Virus record (IMG/VR): IMGVR_UViG_3300020388_000009
DNA: 64,000 nt
Reading direction: 5' to 3' (one strand)
Source of the DNA: a virus
Lineage: Duplodnaviria > Caudoviricetes
In this document: one piece after another, positions 28,401 to 38,182 of the stretch
How positions within the stretch are numbered: the first letter of the stretch is position 1
How the letters are laid out: the number at the start of each line of letters is the position of its first letter
Translations under genes and position numbers: made by a program
Notes under the pieces: generated by a model
What the model was told of the DNA's origin: nothing
The model's input: only the letters and a program-made list of their open reading frames with translations
Database searches by the model: none

Positions 28401-30478
28401 TTATTTGATTTCAGACTTAAATTTGATATAGCCCATTTACCACGACGAACCACAAAATATACGTCAATATTTTCTTCTCTTAAAGTTTTAAAATAAGTAA
28501 ATATTGGAATATCATTATACGTAATTCCTGGTTTTATTTCAATTGTGGATACACGAGTACCTAATTTTCCGTTATTAATTAAATCGCCAGATAAATTATT
28601 ATCAACATCTAAATTTGATATCAAATATTGATTAATGTATTCGGAATCAGTTTCTATAGATGAATTACTTCCGGAAATATAAACATCTAAACGAGAATAT
28701 TTAATATCCGGATCTGAAGATGTATGTGTAGTATCGTCAGCCACGGCATTAAATGATAATACATATCTTGTATCTTCAAATACTTTTACATGATATTCTG
28801 ATTTTAAATGAATATATCCAAAACGATTTGAAGTATTATCAAATGTAGAATCTGGAGTAAATTCTATTCCATCTAATAAAACATCAGAATCATATGATGG
28901 TGTTAATGTAACATCTGGAGTAATAGATCCATTTGTTGTTTCCCAGTATTTATTAAAATCACCTAAATCAGTAAAAAATCCAATACGGTTATATACTACA
29001 CCTAATCCTGGTATTGACTCAAATGACGTTACGTCTTCAAAAATTTCAACTTCTTCAACTTCCACATATCCTGCATCTATAAAATCGCCAAACTGACCTG
29101 ATGGTTTATATAATGTTTGAATTTTATGTACATCCCCAGTTGCAGGTTCAATATTTGATAATACAATTTCGGCAAATGATTGTGATTGCTGCGTCTCTGA
29201 TAATATGAATGGTTCTACATAACTACATGTGAAATTTGATGTCGCATTTATATCTTTTATTTCATATTGAGATTGTGCACCAATGGTTATAAAAGAAAAT
29301 GCTCCATAGGTATTTTCTTCTTCATTTTTAAATCCATTAGTTAAAAATACATTTGCCTTTGTACTTGATAATATTTTATCGATGACAAATGTATAACTTC
29401 CGGAAAGTTGTATTGATGGGTCACCTAGTTCATAACTAGTAACGCCTGCCCAATCTGTTGGTTGTGATACCGGTATCAGACGTCCATCAGTATCAATAAA
29501 ACTATTACCTTGAAGCATATTAACGTTTGGATTCACAATTGTTATTGTACCTCCTTCCATGGAAGATGATAATACAAATCCAGAAGTTTCTAATCTACTA
29601 AACGTTGATATTGTAACAATTTGAGCACTTTCTACTTCAACCGGCTGGCCTTTTTTATTAGCCGCTTCATCAGCCGGTGTTGTATTAAATTTTTTAACTT
29701 TAGGTACTACTACTACTTGTTTTCCAACTGATTTCATTGGAGTTTTTGCAGAAGCAGCTCCTTCAAAATTTGTTTGTTTTTTAACTCCAGAAGAGCCTTT
29801 AGAAGCTGCCGCATATGGTGATTTTATTGAAACTGGAGGTTGAGTTGTACTTGGTATAGCTGAAATTGTAACTGTACCAGAACCAGGTTTATCTACGGCA
29901 ACATCAGTTAAATTAATCGGAGTAAAAAATCTATTTACACGTTCACGTACAGTTGCTTTTGGATACGGACGTGTAAAAATTATCTCTGTTTTATTTTTTG
30001 AATTTTCTGGTGCAATTGAAATATTTCTTGACCAAATAATATTTGGATTATTATAATAATTTATATCTTTCCAATTTCTACTAAATGGTACAGATTCACC
30101 TGTATCTAATGTTTCTTTAATACGTCCAGCTAAATAAATAGTACCTATACCAGGAGCTGTTTTATCAGGATATACATGTATGGCAATTACTCGAGTACCA
30201 TCATGTTCAAGATAATTAAGTGGCTCATAATACATTGGATCACCATTAGAATCTAATACTTCAATATGAATTGTAGAATTTTTAACTAATGTCTTAGCAG
30301 AAGCACGAATTTTTATTAAATTTTTTCCAGCTGTAAACCGATTTGGAAATTCTACAACATTAAATACTTGTTCTGATGTTAATGATGCGTCTTCAAATTG
30401 TATCGTTGGATATTCATTTAATTTAATTTTTTCAACACGTTTTTCAAGTCGACCTTGATTCCATGTACCTGCAGCCAT
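25490..30478 (-). CDS. Large tail fibre/baseplate-associated protein
   Basis: 1662 aa; Gly/Ser-rich beta repeats (IEISSSNFHL x2), Ala-rich coiled coil, VRGTL..AVFEK-type fibre motif. Confidence 0.7.
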   Translation of the reverse strand: MAAGTWNQGRLEKRVEKIKLNEYPTIQFEDASLTSEQVFNVVEFPNRFTAGKNLIKIRASAKTLVKNSTIHIEVLDSNGDPMYYEPLNYLEHDGTRVIAIHVYPDKTAPGIGTIYLAGRIKETLDTGESVPFSRNWKDINYYNNPNIIWSRNISIAPENSKNKTEIIFTRPYPKATVRERVNRFFTPINLTDVAVDKPGSGTVTISAIPSTTQPPVSIKSPYAAASKGSSGVKKQTNFEGAASAKTPMKSVGKQVVVVPKVKKFNTTPADEAANKKGQPVEVESAQIVTISTFSRLETSGFVLSSSMEGGTITIVNPNVNMLQGNSFIDTDGRLIPVSQPTDWAGVTSYELGDPSIQLSGSYTFVIDKILSSTKANVFLTNGFKNEEENTYGAFSFITIGAQSQYEIKDINATSNFTCSYVEPFILSETQQSQSFAEIVLSNIEPATGDVHKIQTLYKPSGQFGDFIDAGYVEVEEVEIFEDVTSFESIPGLGVVYNRIGFFTDLGDFNKYWETTNGSITPDVTLTPSYDSDVLLDGIEFTPDSTFDNTSNRFGYIHLKSEYHVKVFEDTRYVLSFNAVADDTTHTSSDPDIKYSRLDVYISGSNSSIETDSEYINQYLISNLDVDNNLSGDLINNGKLGTRVSTIEIKPGITYNDIPIFTYFKTLREENIDVYFVVRRGKWAISNLSLKSNKQTGFSPNFTRINTRIPSEFLETPLTFKFLYYDINNNKAQAETTVYPVTFYGDNLVISGDNNLLSGSVYIGNTIGSGIELAGVNSGFIRSIGYEGFISASRTDQPGGFMLYTGSVLPGAPDNYSGVGIEIVQDSSSFFKFDTEDGIDIRAKKFFIGSEASQFVSGSTGKIEISSSNFHLKPDGGLIIGGDTVINADLSVEQLFVPAGTTAAGSGNKAFINSSGIAKFSGDGAGSYKVEFDGAGTSKIGGWVINDDNITGDQMIIRSNGTIESDGFQSNVPGSGFRLTAASGGFLEVENARIRGTLSTAVFEKETVNAVGGQLYVANSTTLTGSAENPGGSYTATDTTMSVVNASGFAVGEILTAKKISATGFNTEYLLVNSASRASASSDTDFSGKIFVQRAYGQGQAGGSGSLGGSPGGAVPYTGSQVIVSTGKQGTGYIRLNANPNDEYTPYMQIVERTGSGIYDLDLKAQLGDLKGITDTINGEEVTGFGLYTDNAFLKGGIVATYGSIGALSIGSQSISIGNNRYNDTNTKFFVSSSGKFSLGQKFKWDGSDLTIAGTITITNPGDIDASQIDNSTSGFTDDSTATEALTSASIAQTSASAAQTDANTANALALASVNTANAANVTAQAAQATANAIEAVTQSLTNPAEYTFGGNGFTLGTHNPNTGLNQTHDFFGYFEGSSPKTFMSSSGDFFLGGTGGAFVWDESEGALKVSGSLVSLNVRDFFLGSENQFISGANGNIEISSSNFHLTTQGDLTASNADFDGFAIARSLRQKAVTITQANMHQYCRQLIKGENSNGELNGQDVDNVVSTTTEIVLDGSLGGEITSHVIINVDLASQSPDDANFTAGQLEVIGEGTVPSSDFQRISSNIPSEIIDVYPNGTHTMDASADDGTYAFGGIRKITSPNTPSGAKVPVTIEIGDDVDVDMYVPVGIASGGSPFGNIYRVFTEQMNYLPPQLRAGPGGG

Positions 30479-30503
30479 ACGTTACCTTTATTTCATATAA
30501 ATA

Positions 30504-33500
30504 TTAGTCATATGCAATTTCAGAATATCCGTTAACTTTTTTGATTTCTATTAATTTATCTACGATATCACGCATTGCATCAATGTGAGATATACACATT
30601 ATAAATCCAAATTGTGATTTCAAATAATCAAACAACATATACATGCTATTTAAATTATCAGAATCTAGAACTCCAAAACCTTCATCAATTGCTAAGAAAT
30701 TTGGCCTAGGTAAATTTGACACATTAATTAATGAAGTGCGTATTGCTAAAGATGAAATAAATTTTTCCATTCCGGAAGTCAATTCTAATGGCCAATAATT
30801 ATCATCATCATAAACAATATAAGCATTTATATTCTTACCATCGGTATCCATTACCATAGTAAAATCAACTATCTGATTAAGTATATTGTTTATTTCGGAT
30901 TCTATTTGTGGTAATGCTTTAGATATTAAATGGTACGGTACGCCGTCACGATTAACTGCTTTTTGATAATATTCATAAGCTTGATATTGTTGTTCTAATG
31001 TTTTTAATCTGTTAATACCTGATTCAGCATCTTCACGACTTTTTTCAGCCATTTTTAATTTACCAGATAAATTTAATAATTTAGAATCTAAACCACTTAA
31101 TTCAGTATTTACGGTTGTTATTTCATCACGTATTTCTTGAATTTCAGAATTTTTCTTTTTATTAAATTCAATATTATCTTTTTGTCGCTTAGACTTTGTT
31201 AATTGTTTTTTATAATCAGAAATTTTAACAAACAATGTTTCAATATCCCATTCACATTTACTATGTTCATGTTCCATTGTAGCTAATAATTGATTCCATT
31301 TATTGACATCAGATTTAAATGCATTTAACATATCTATCTTTTCACGTGGTTGTTCTTTTCGTAATTCATCTATTTTATTTCCAAGATCATCTATATCAAA
31401 TAATATTTGTTGTTCTTCGTCAATTAATTTTGGTAATAAATCTGCAACTTGTTTAGTTTCATGAAGCCATGGATTAGCCATGCAAAATTTACATTCTGGA
31501 TCCCATTCATGTTTATCTAATTTGGAAACCATTTTTTGAGCATGCTGAATTTTAAGTTGTTTTAATTTTAAATCATTCTTTAATTTTTCAACATCAGATA
31601 TATATGTTTTTAATATATCAATGTCAGAATATAATTTATCTTCATCAACTGAATCTATTTTAGATTGTGTATTATTTATCAAATCTTTTTTAGATACGAT
31701 CATGCCAGCTTTTTGATCTCTATCTTGTATATACTCTTGTAACTGTATTTTAGCTTGTTCAATTTTATTCGAGATGATATCCGGATCTAATGTTTCATCA
31801 ACTTTTTTTAATTCTTTTGTCATGACAAAAATGATATCATTTAAATTTGATTTCATTTCTTCATGTTCAGTTTTATCTAATTTCATTTGTTCATATGAAC
31901 CGGTAAATTGAGATATAATATCTTTTGCTGCAGATAGATCTGTTGAAAAATCTTTTCTTTTATATTCACGAATTAAAGCCGCAGTTTCTCTAATATCTTC
32001 ATGTCCAATTAAATATTGTTTTTCAAAAATATCTAAATCTAAAAATTGAGATAAAAGATCTTTACGTTCTCTTTGTGTTTTATCAATAAACCCAGTATTA
32101 TTATTTTGTAATGATAAAGCAGTTAAAACAAAATCTTCGTATGAACCTAAATATTGTCTTATACTTTTATTTGTAGAATCTCGTTGTTCGCCATTTAAAC
32201 TTTCATGATTACCAGATTCATCAATACGCCAAAAATCTACATTTAATTTAACATGGCCATTACTTTGTTTCTTTGCTTTACGTTCAATAAAATATGTATA
32301 TTTTCCTAAATCAAATTCAAATTTACATTGAAAATTAGATTTTTTATTATTTAATACATGGGCTGCTTTTTTTGTTCGCGAACATCGGTCAAAACAACAG
32401 AATGCTAATGCATCTAATAATGTTGACTTACCAGAAGCATTTGGAGCAAATAATCCATATGTTCCATTCATGTTTGAAAAATCTATGGAATTATTTGTAC
32501 CATAACTAAACATATTTGAAAACTCAAAACGTTTTGGCGTCCATGTTATATTTCTAGTCAATGTACTTGTTGGTAATTTACTATGCACTTGTCGATTAAT
32601 ATATCTAACAGTATCTAATAATTCATCATCTAAAGCATATTCATCTGTTAAATAATCTGTAATTACTTTATTTTGCCATTCAACATCACGTATATTACCA
32701 AAATTAATTTTATTTTTTGAATCAGTTGTATTCAATGCATTGACTTTTTGTAACGCAATATCCTGTACTTTGTATTGAGATTTAACATCTGCGATTATTC
32801 GTTTCAACGTTGCAGAATCGGTATCTTTCACTTTAAATCGCAATCTAGGACGTAAAGGTATTTTATCGCTAGGATTTGTTATTTTACCAGCATCTACATG
32901 AAATGTATAATATCCATAATCATTTTCAATATCAATAAATTCACATTGTTTAGATTTTAAATCCCATACCATTATTCCATGGTCTAATGCTTCTCCATGA
33001 TTTTGTTGTATTAATGAGCCGGCATATGCTATAGTTTTATCATCATCTAAAAATTGTGGTTTATGAATATCACCTAATAATACTAAATCATGTCCTTTAA
33101 ATATTTCAGTTGTAACATGAGTATTACTTAATACAAATCCGGCATCTGTTGATGCATTATGTACTGAACCGTGATGTAATGCAATTTTATAATCTCCTTC
33201 AAAACTATCAGCTTTTATATAATCTGACGGCTTATCAAACACCGACATTACGTTAAAGTGTACTCCGGCCATACTATATACACCGTTGTCTTTAAGATAG
33301 TGTAAGTTTTGATGATTTAAGGCTTTAACAATAGGAGATAATGCATCTAAGCGATAGTTATTATTTAGGTTACAATCATGGTTACCAGTAATTACTATAG
33401 TAGGTGCTAAATCTGCTAATTGTTTAAAGAAATCTGAAACTACAGATACAAGTTCAGGTGACATATCTGTTTTTGCATGTACAATATCACCGGCCACATA

Positions 33501-33656
33501 TATTAATGAATCAAGCGTTTTTGTTTTTTTAATATACGAATACAAACGTTTAAATACTAATCTATATTCTTTATGACGTTTAACATTTCTAACATGTACA
33601 TCTGCAATGTGATAAATTTTATCAATCTTTTCAATTCCAATATCTATATTGTGCAT
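30504..33656 (-). CDS. Fused SbcD (Mre11/gp47) nuclease - SbcC (Rad50/gp46) ATPase
   Basis: DVH, GDIVH, GNHD, HHG, GDIH phosphoesterase motifs; PNASGKS Walker A; coiled coil with CKFC hook; SGME signature; IDEGFG Walker B; ISH. Confidence 0.9.
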   Translation of the reverse strand: MHNIDIGIEKIDKIYHIADVHVRNVKRHKEYRLVFKRLYSYIKKTKTLDSLIYVAGDIVHAKTDMSPELVSVVSDFFKQLADLAPTIVITGNHDCNLNNNYRLDALSPIVKALNHQNLHYLKDNGVYSMAGVHFNVMSVFDKPSDYIKADSFEGDYKIALHHGSVHNASTDAGFVLSNTHVTTEIFKGHDLVLLGDIHKPQFLDDDKTIAYAGSLIQQNHGEALDHGIMVWDLKSKQCEFIDIENDYGYYTFHVDAGKITNPSDKIPLRPRLRFKVKDTDSATLKRIIADVKSQYKVQDIALQKVNALNTTDSKNKINFGNIRDVEWQNKVITDYLTDEYALDDELLDTVRYINRQVHSKLPTSTLTRNITWTPKRFEFSNMFSYGTNNSIDFSNMNGTYGLFAPNASGKSTLLDALAFCCFDRCSRTKKAAHVLNNKKSNFQCKFEFDLGKYTYFIERKAKKQSNGHVKLNVDFWRIDESGNHESLNGEQRDSTNKSIRQYLGSYEDFVLTALSLQNNNTGFIDKTQRERKDLLSQFLDLDIFEKQYLIGHEDIRETAALIREYKRKDFSTDLSAAKDIISQFTGSYEQMKLDKTEHEEMKSNLNDIIFVMTKELKKVDETLDPDIISNKIEQAKIQLQEYIQDRDQKAGMIVSKKDLINNTQSKIDSVDEDKLYSDIDILKTYISDVEKLKNDLKLKQLKIQHAQKMVSKLDKHEWDPECKFCMANPWLHETKQVADLLPKLIDEEQQILFDIDDLGNKIDELRKEQPREKIDMLNAFKSDVNKWNQLLATMEHEHSKCEWDIETLFVKISDYKKQLTKSKRQKDNIEFNKKKNSEIQEIRDEITTVNTELSGLDSKLLNLSGKLKMAEKSREDAESGINRLKTLEQQYQAYEYYQKAVNRDGVPYHLISKALPQIESEINNILNQIVDFTMVMDTDGKNINAYIVYDDDNYWPLELTSGMEKFISSLAIRTSLINVSNLPRPNFLAIDEGFGVLDSDNLNSMYMLFDYLKSQFGFIMCISHIDAMRDIVDKLIEIKKVNGYSEIAYD

Positions 33657-34567
33657 AATATCTTTTGTTCCATTAATTTTTCTTGAGTTAACATTACAGT
33701 ATGTTCAATTTCATATTTTATTCGGTTAAATCCTAATTCGCTAGGATCTGAATCAGGTAGGTCTACAAAATATACTTCTAATCCATTTGACATGAAATAA
33801 TCCGCGGCTTCTAATGCTTGTTTACGTGCATCCATATCTAAACAAATATATATTTCTTTAACACCTTTTTCGACAATACGTTTTTTAAGAGTATTTGATA
33901 TTGTTTTACCAAACAATGGAATTGCATTACGTTTAATTGCAATTGCATCAAATGCACCTTCTACTAATATAATTGGCATATTCCAATTAATATGTAATTC
34001 AAATCCTACAATATCTTTTGATGCATTTGGATTCTTATGTTTATAATCAGTATCATAATATGCACGTCCTACAAAATAGTTTAAACTACCATTTGCATCA
34101 TAACTTGGAATAATTATTTTACCATTATATAATCCATTGGTACAATATCCTATTCTATATTTAAGTATATCATATATAGTAATACCTCTATTCTTTAAAT
34201 AATATATAGCATTACGATACTCCGGAGATTTTGTATCAATTTTCCATAATGGTTTATATTCTTCGGGTAATTGTATAACAGGTGTATCTGTTGTTGTTTT
34301 TGTAGGACGGTATTCAACGTCATCGAGTAATTGAATTAACCGCGATATTTTTTCTCGTTGGACATTTAACTTACGAAATAATACAGTTAATTTTCTTCCA
34401 GCGGCATTACATACCCAACAATGCCAATGTTGAGAAACAACATTAACTTCCATTTTCTTTTTAGTAGTAGGACAGAAAGGACAATGAAATGCAATATTAT
34501 CATTAGAGTTTATTTTACCTTTACCTAATACGGATTCTAAAAGTGTAATTACAGAGAATTTGCTCAT
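33644..34567 (-). CDS. DNA primase (DnaG/gp61-like)
   Basis: CPFC..HCWVC zinc finger, YLKNRG, EGAFDA, DMD TOPRIM, DPSE. Confidence 0.9.
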   Translation of the reverse strand: MSKFSVITLLESVLGKGKINSNDNIAFHCPFCPTTKKKMEVNVVSQHWHCWVCNAAGRKLTVLFRKLNVQREKISRLIQLLDDVEYRPTKTTTDTPVIQLPEEYKPLWKIDTKSPEYRNAIYYLKNRGITIYDILKYRIGYCTNGLYNGKIIIPSYDANGSLNYFVGRAYYDTDYKHKNPNASKDIVGFELHINWNMPIILVEGAFDAIAIKRNAIPLFGKTISNTLKKRIVEKGVKEIYICLDMDARKQALEAADYFMSNGLEVYFVDLPDSDPSELGFNRIKYEIEHTVMLTQEKLMEQKILCTI

Positions 34568-34681
34568 TAATATTATATTAATATATTAGCATTGTCATAT
34601 ACTATAACAATGTTTCATTTCAAGATTAACTTTCATGAAAATTTAATTATACATTGAATATATCAAAAATATTTCGTAAGA

Positions 34682-35089
34682 TCAACCTTTTAACCAACTT
34701 TCTGGTATACTTTTTTCTGCCCATGGAATTCCATGTTTATCACAAAAATCACCATATGTTGTTTTTGAACCTTTACGTATTTTTGTACGAGCTGATTGAA
34801 ATACTATTCGTATATCTAATTCTGGATGTTGTTTTTTAATTAGTAAATGTTTTTTACGGTCTTCTAAAACCCAACGACCTTTTGTCTCAACTAAAATTCC
34901 ATTTGGTAAAGTAAAATCAATTGTATAAGTATGTTTTGTTTCTGGTTTGATATATTTTATAACCGTATCTTCATATCCAAATTTAACTTCTGCTTCATTT
35001 AATTGAGCTGATACTCGATGTTCAAATCCACTTCTATAACCGTGTTTAATTGCGTTTGCACGTATCTTAGATTTACGTTTCCATGCCAT
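34682..35089 (-). CDS. T7 endonuclease I-like Holliday junction resolvase
   Basis: GYRSGFE, YTIDF.LPNGILVETKG, DRKKHLLIK.QHPELDIR.VF, SKTTY..C.KHG. Confidence 0.9.
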   Translation of the reverse strand: MAWKRKSKIRANAIKHGYRSGFEHRVSAQLNEAEVKFGYEDTVIKYIKPETKHTYTIDFTLPNGILVETKGRWVLEDRKKHLLIKKQHPELDIRIVFQSARTKIRKGSKTTYGDFCDKHGIPWAEKSIPESWLKG

Positions 35090-35116
35090 AACTTGTTCCT
35101 ATTTAATATAAATATG

Positions 35117-36814
35117 TTAGTAGTCCCAACGAACGATAAAATTCATATCAATATCATCACGTTTTTGCACCGGTTGAGCTAATTTTGAAACTGCTAATAA
35201 TTGAGCTTTATCATTATATAATCCAATTGTAGTAATATATGGATTAACTTGTTTTGATGTAAACATAGTTTTACGTGTATCTCCTGGTAATGCATGCCCT
35301 TCTTCTGTTTGAGATAAAATTTTATTTGTAGCAGGCGTGAATGTGGCAGTAGGATTCATCGAAACATTGAATTGATCTTTTGGTACACGTACTAGTACTT
35401 CATTTTCATATATAGTATGAGTACCTTTATATGAAACATTAAATGTATTACCGAAACCACCGGATCCGGTATTATATTTTGACATAGGCGATGAAATTAC
35501 CATTTCGCCATTACGGTAAAATACATTACCCGCTACATTTGTTTGAAATAATGAACCAGATAAATAATGACGATTTGATAGTGAATTAATTTCTGTATTG
35601 GATACCGCATAATCATACATACGAATTTCTGCTATATAATTATCATTTGTTATACTTTGACTTCCAGAAATAAAATTACCTATTATAATATCATCATTAT
35701 TTGATGTTACACCTATAGGTAATGATCCTGATGTAGTACCTGCAGAATTTCCATTAACAAACATTTGACATAATGAAGCTGAATTACGTATACATACATG
35801 CTGCCATTCTAAATTCGATGATATATAATTTGCAGCTGATGATGATATATGAAGTTCACGCGTACCATCAGATGCATGAAAATGAACAGAGCCTGATAGT
35901 CCATTACCTGCAGGCCTAGCAACACCAATTACAAATGGTGTACGTATGTTAGAGTAAGATGATGTAATACTTGGCATATTAACCGTCTTATCGCGATATT
36001 TAGTTAAACTATTTCTTTTATCAATATAAAGTTGTTTACGTACACCACCTTTTGATATAATAGGTCTATTTTTGACTACTGAATTATATATCCAGAATGA
36101 TATAGACCAATCATCGTAATAATTAAATTTATTAAATGTTTCCTCATGAGGAACACGTATAAACGTTTTATTATTAGTTTTAAATGAATTACCAGAAGTT
36201 TGAGTTACACCACCGGTCATATTTATACCAATACCATCTTCTTCTTTAAAATTGCTAGTTTTATATTGTTTTTGTACCGGGCCTTTATTACCAAATTCTT
36301 TATTAAATGACATATGAAAAATATTACGGCTAGATGATGCAAAACTAGCTGTTGATATTATGGTATCACGTAAATTACCGTAACCATCATCTTGTAATGT
36401 ATATGAATGTCCATTAGTAAATGTTCCTGTAACTGTACCCGGTTTAATACGTTCACCTACTTCTAAATATGGCGCAACTAAACATGATGCTGATTCATAT
36501 AAATGTTTTTCCGTAACAGTTGCGTTAGTTAATTCATTAGATTTAACTGGGTTATACGGATCTCCATAATACCTATGATCTAAACTATGCCAAATCACAT
36601 GTTGATTTGTACCATCTAATGAATTGACTGGAAAGGTTTCTGCTGCATGTCCTATATTAATTGGTAATTTACGATATATACCATTATGATGAACATATCC
36701 AGATGATGTAGTAAATGCAGTGCTAGTTATTCGATATGTTTTATATGATTTAAATGCTCGTCGCTGAAAATCATTTGATCGTATTGGTCTGAAAACACTT
36801 GGAATAACTGGCAT
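35117..36814 (-). CDS. Virion structural protein with LamG/concanavalin-like domain
   Basis: WSISFW, WQHVC, IAEIRMYD.A.S..EI; C-terminal YITTIGLYND..LLAVSKL. Confidence 0.75.
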   Translation of the reverse strand: MPVIPSVFRPIRSNDFQRRAFKSYKTYRITSTAFTTSSGYVHHNGIYRKLPINIGHAAETFPVNSLDGTNQHVIWHSLDHRYYGDPYNPVKSNELTNATVTEKHLYESASCLVAPYLEVGERIKPGTVTGTFTNGHSYTLQDDGYGNLRDTIISTASFASSSRNIFHMSFNKEFGNKGPVQKQYKTSNFKEEDGIGINMTGGVTQTSGNSFKTNNKTFIRVPHEETFNKFNYYDDWSISFWIYNSVVKNRPIISKGGVRKQLYIDKRNSLTKYRDKTVNMPSITSSYSNIRTPFVIGVARPAGNGLSGSVHFHASDGTRELHISSSAANYISSNLEWQHVCIRNSASLCQMFVNGNSAGTTSGSLPIGVTSNNDDIIIGNFISGSQSITNDNYIAEIRMYDYAVSNTEINSLSNRHYLSGSLFQTNVAGNVFYRNGEMVISSPMSKYNTGSGGFGNTFNVSYKGTHTIYENEVLVRVPKDQFNVSMNPTATFTPATNKILSQTEEGHALPGDTRKTMFTSKQVNPYITTIGLYNDKAQLLAVSKLAQPVQKRDDIDMNFIVRWDY

Positions 36815-36832
36815 ATCATATCATTTATTATT

Positions 36833-38170
36833 TTAAAAATCTAATTTTACTTTTATTAACGCTTCTCTAGTGTAATTTTTCAATAAAGGCTGACTTAATT
36901 TAGCGATTGCTAATAACTCTCGTCTATCATTATATAATCCAACTGATGTAATAAAAGTTTGAGGATCATTTTTAAATGAATTAAAAGATAATTGACCTAA
37001 TGATCCAGTAACAAAAGAAGGATTATTGGAATAATTAAATTCAGCATTTTTAGCTCTAACAAAGTAATATGTTGATTTAACTGCTTCCGCGGAACGAGCC
37101 TGAATACCACCAGTAATAGATCCGCCTACTACTCCAGCTGAACTAGAAATTGATGTAAATAATTTTACAGCATTTTCACCTTGTATTTGAGAACCAGTAA
37201 CAGTATGGAAATTAACTCCTCCAGATGCATGTACTTTATCTAATTGTCGAGCATCTAATATTGCAACACCATGTTGTGGATATAATAATCCGTAATTTAC
37301 AGTATCACCGCTATTTAAATACATACCTGCTCCATCTAATGAACCAGATACTATATTATAAACTTGACCTGATTCTCCTAAAGTAGCAGATGTTAATGAC
37401 GAATCATCAATTAATTGTATATATAAATCTTTACCAGCTATTTTTACATGAGATCCAGTATGAGCAGCATTTGGTACCGATGGTCCTAATGAACCAGATA
37501 ATTGAGCTAATGTTATTTCAAAATTTCCTGGATCTACTTTTTCTCGCATACGTGCGCGGTTAAAATTTAATACATAAATTGAATCTGTATCTGATCCATT
37601 AATGGTAAACTTTTTATCATCTGGCCCTAATAATACTTGAGCATATTGTTTATAAATTGCTCTAGATGGTGTATCATTATTTAAACTACCTGCAGCATCT
37701 TTAGACCCAGAACCATTAAAATGTCCATATGCTAAAGATAATTCTACATTTGCAGAAGAATTAGAAGCAGGATCTCCGGTACTATAAATTTCCTGATAAT
37801 ATGTTTTTTGAATATCTGTTAAATTTGAAGATGTAAACATACTTGTTAAACTTGCAACATTACCAGCAAATAATCCACGCGTTACAGTTTCAACATTATT
37901 AGCTAATACATCATCAACAACATCAAACCGAGTATATATTTTTCCTAATCTAGATGTACGAGCTTCGGCTTCGCGTTGTGCTATTATTTCATCAGCTAAT
38001 TCCTGCGCACGTTCTTCTATCGATATACTACTTATTCGAGTAGGAACCGGTGCCTTTTGACGTTGACGGGTAGGTTCTGGTGAAGTAGCTCGTACCGGAG
38101 TTGCTTGCCGAGGTGCTTTATTTGCAGCACGCGCACCTCTAAAATTTGATCTATAAGTTCGTCTAGCCAT
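36833..38170 (-). CDS. Virion structural (baseplate/fibre-attachment) protein
   Basis: C-terminal FITSVGLYND..LLAIAKLSQP is paralogous to the neighbour. Confidence 0.7.
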   Translation of the reverse strand: MARRTYRSNFRGARAANKAPRQATPVRATSPEPTRQRQKAPVPTRISSISIEERAQELADEIIAQREAEARTSRLGKIYTRFDVVDDVLANNVETVTRGLFAGNVASLTSMFTSSNLTDIQKTYYQEIYSTGDPASNSSANVELSLAYGHFNGSGSKDAAGSLNNDTPSRAIYKQYAQVLLGPDDKKFTINGSDTDSIYVLNFNRARMREKVDPGNFEITLAQLSGSLGPSVPNAAHTGSHVKIAGKDLYIQLIDDSSLTSATLGESGQVYNIVSGSLDGAGMYLNSGDTVNYGLLYPQHGVAILDARQLDKVHASGGVNFHTVTGSQIQGENAVKLFTSISSSAGVVGGSITGGIQARSAEAVKSTYYFVRAKNAEFNYSNNPSFVTGSLGQLSFNSFKNDPQTFITSVGLYNDRRELLAIAKLSQPLLKNYTREALIKVKLDF

Positions 38171-38182
38171 TTTTATTATCCT

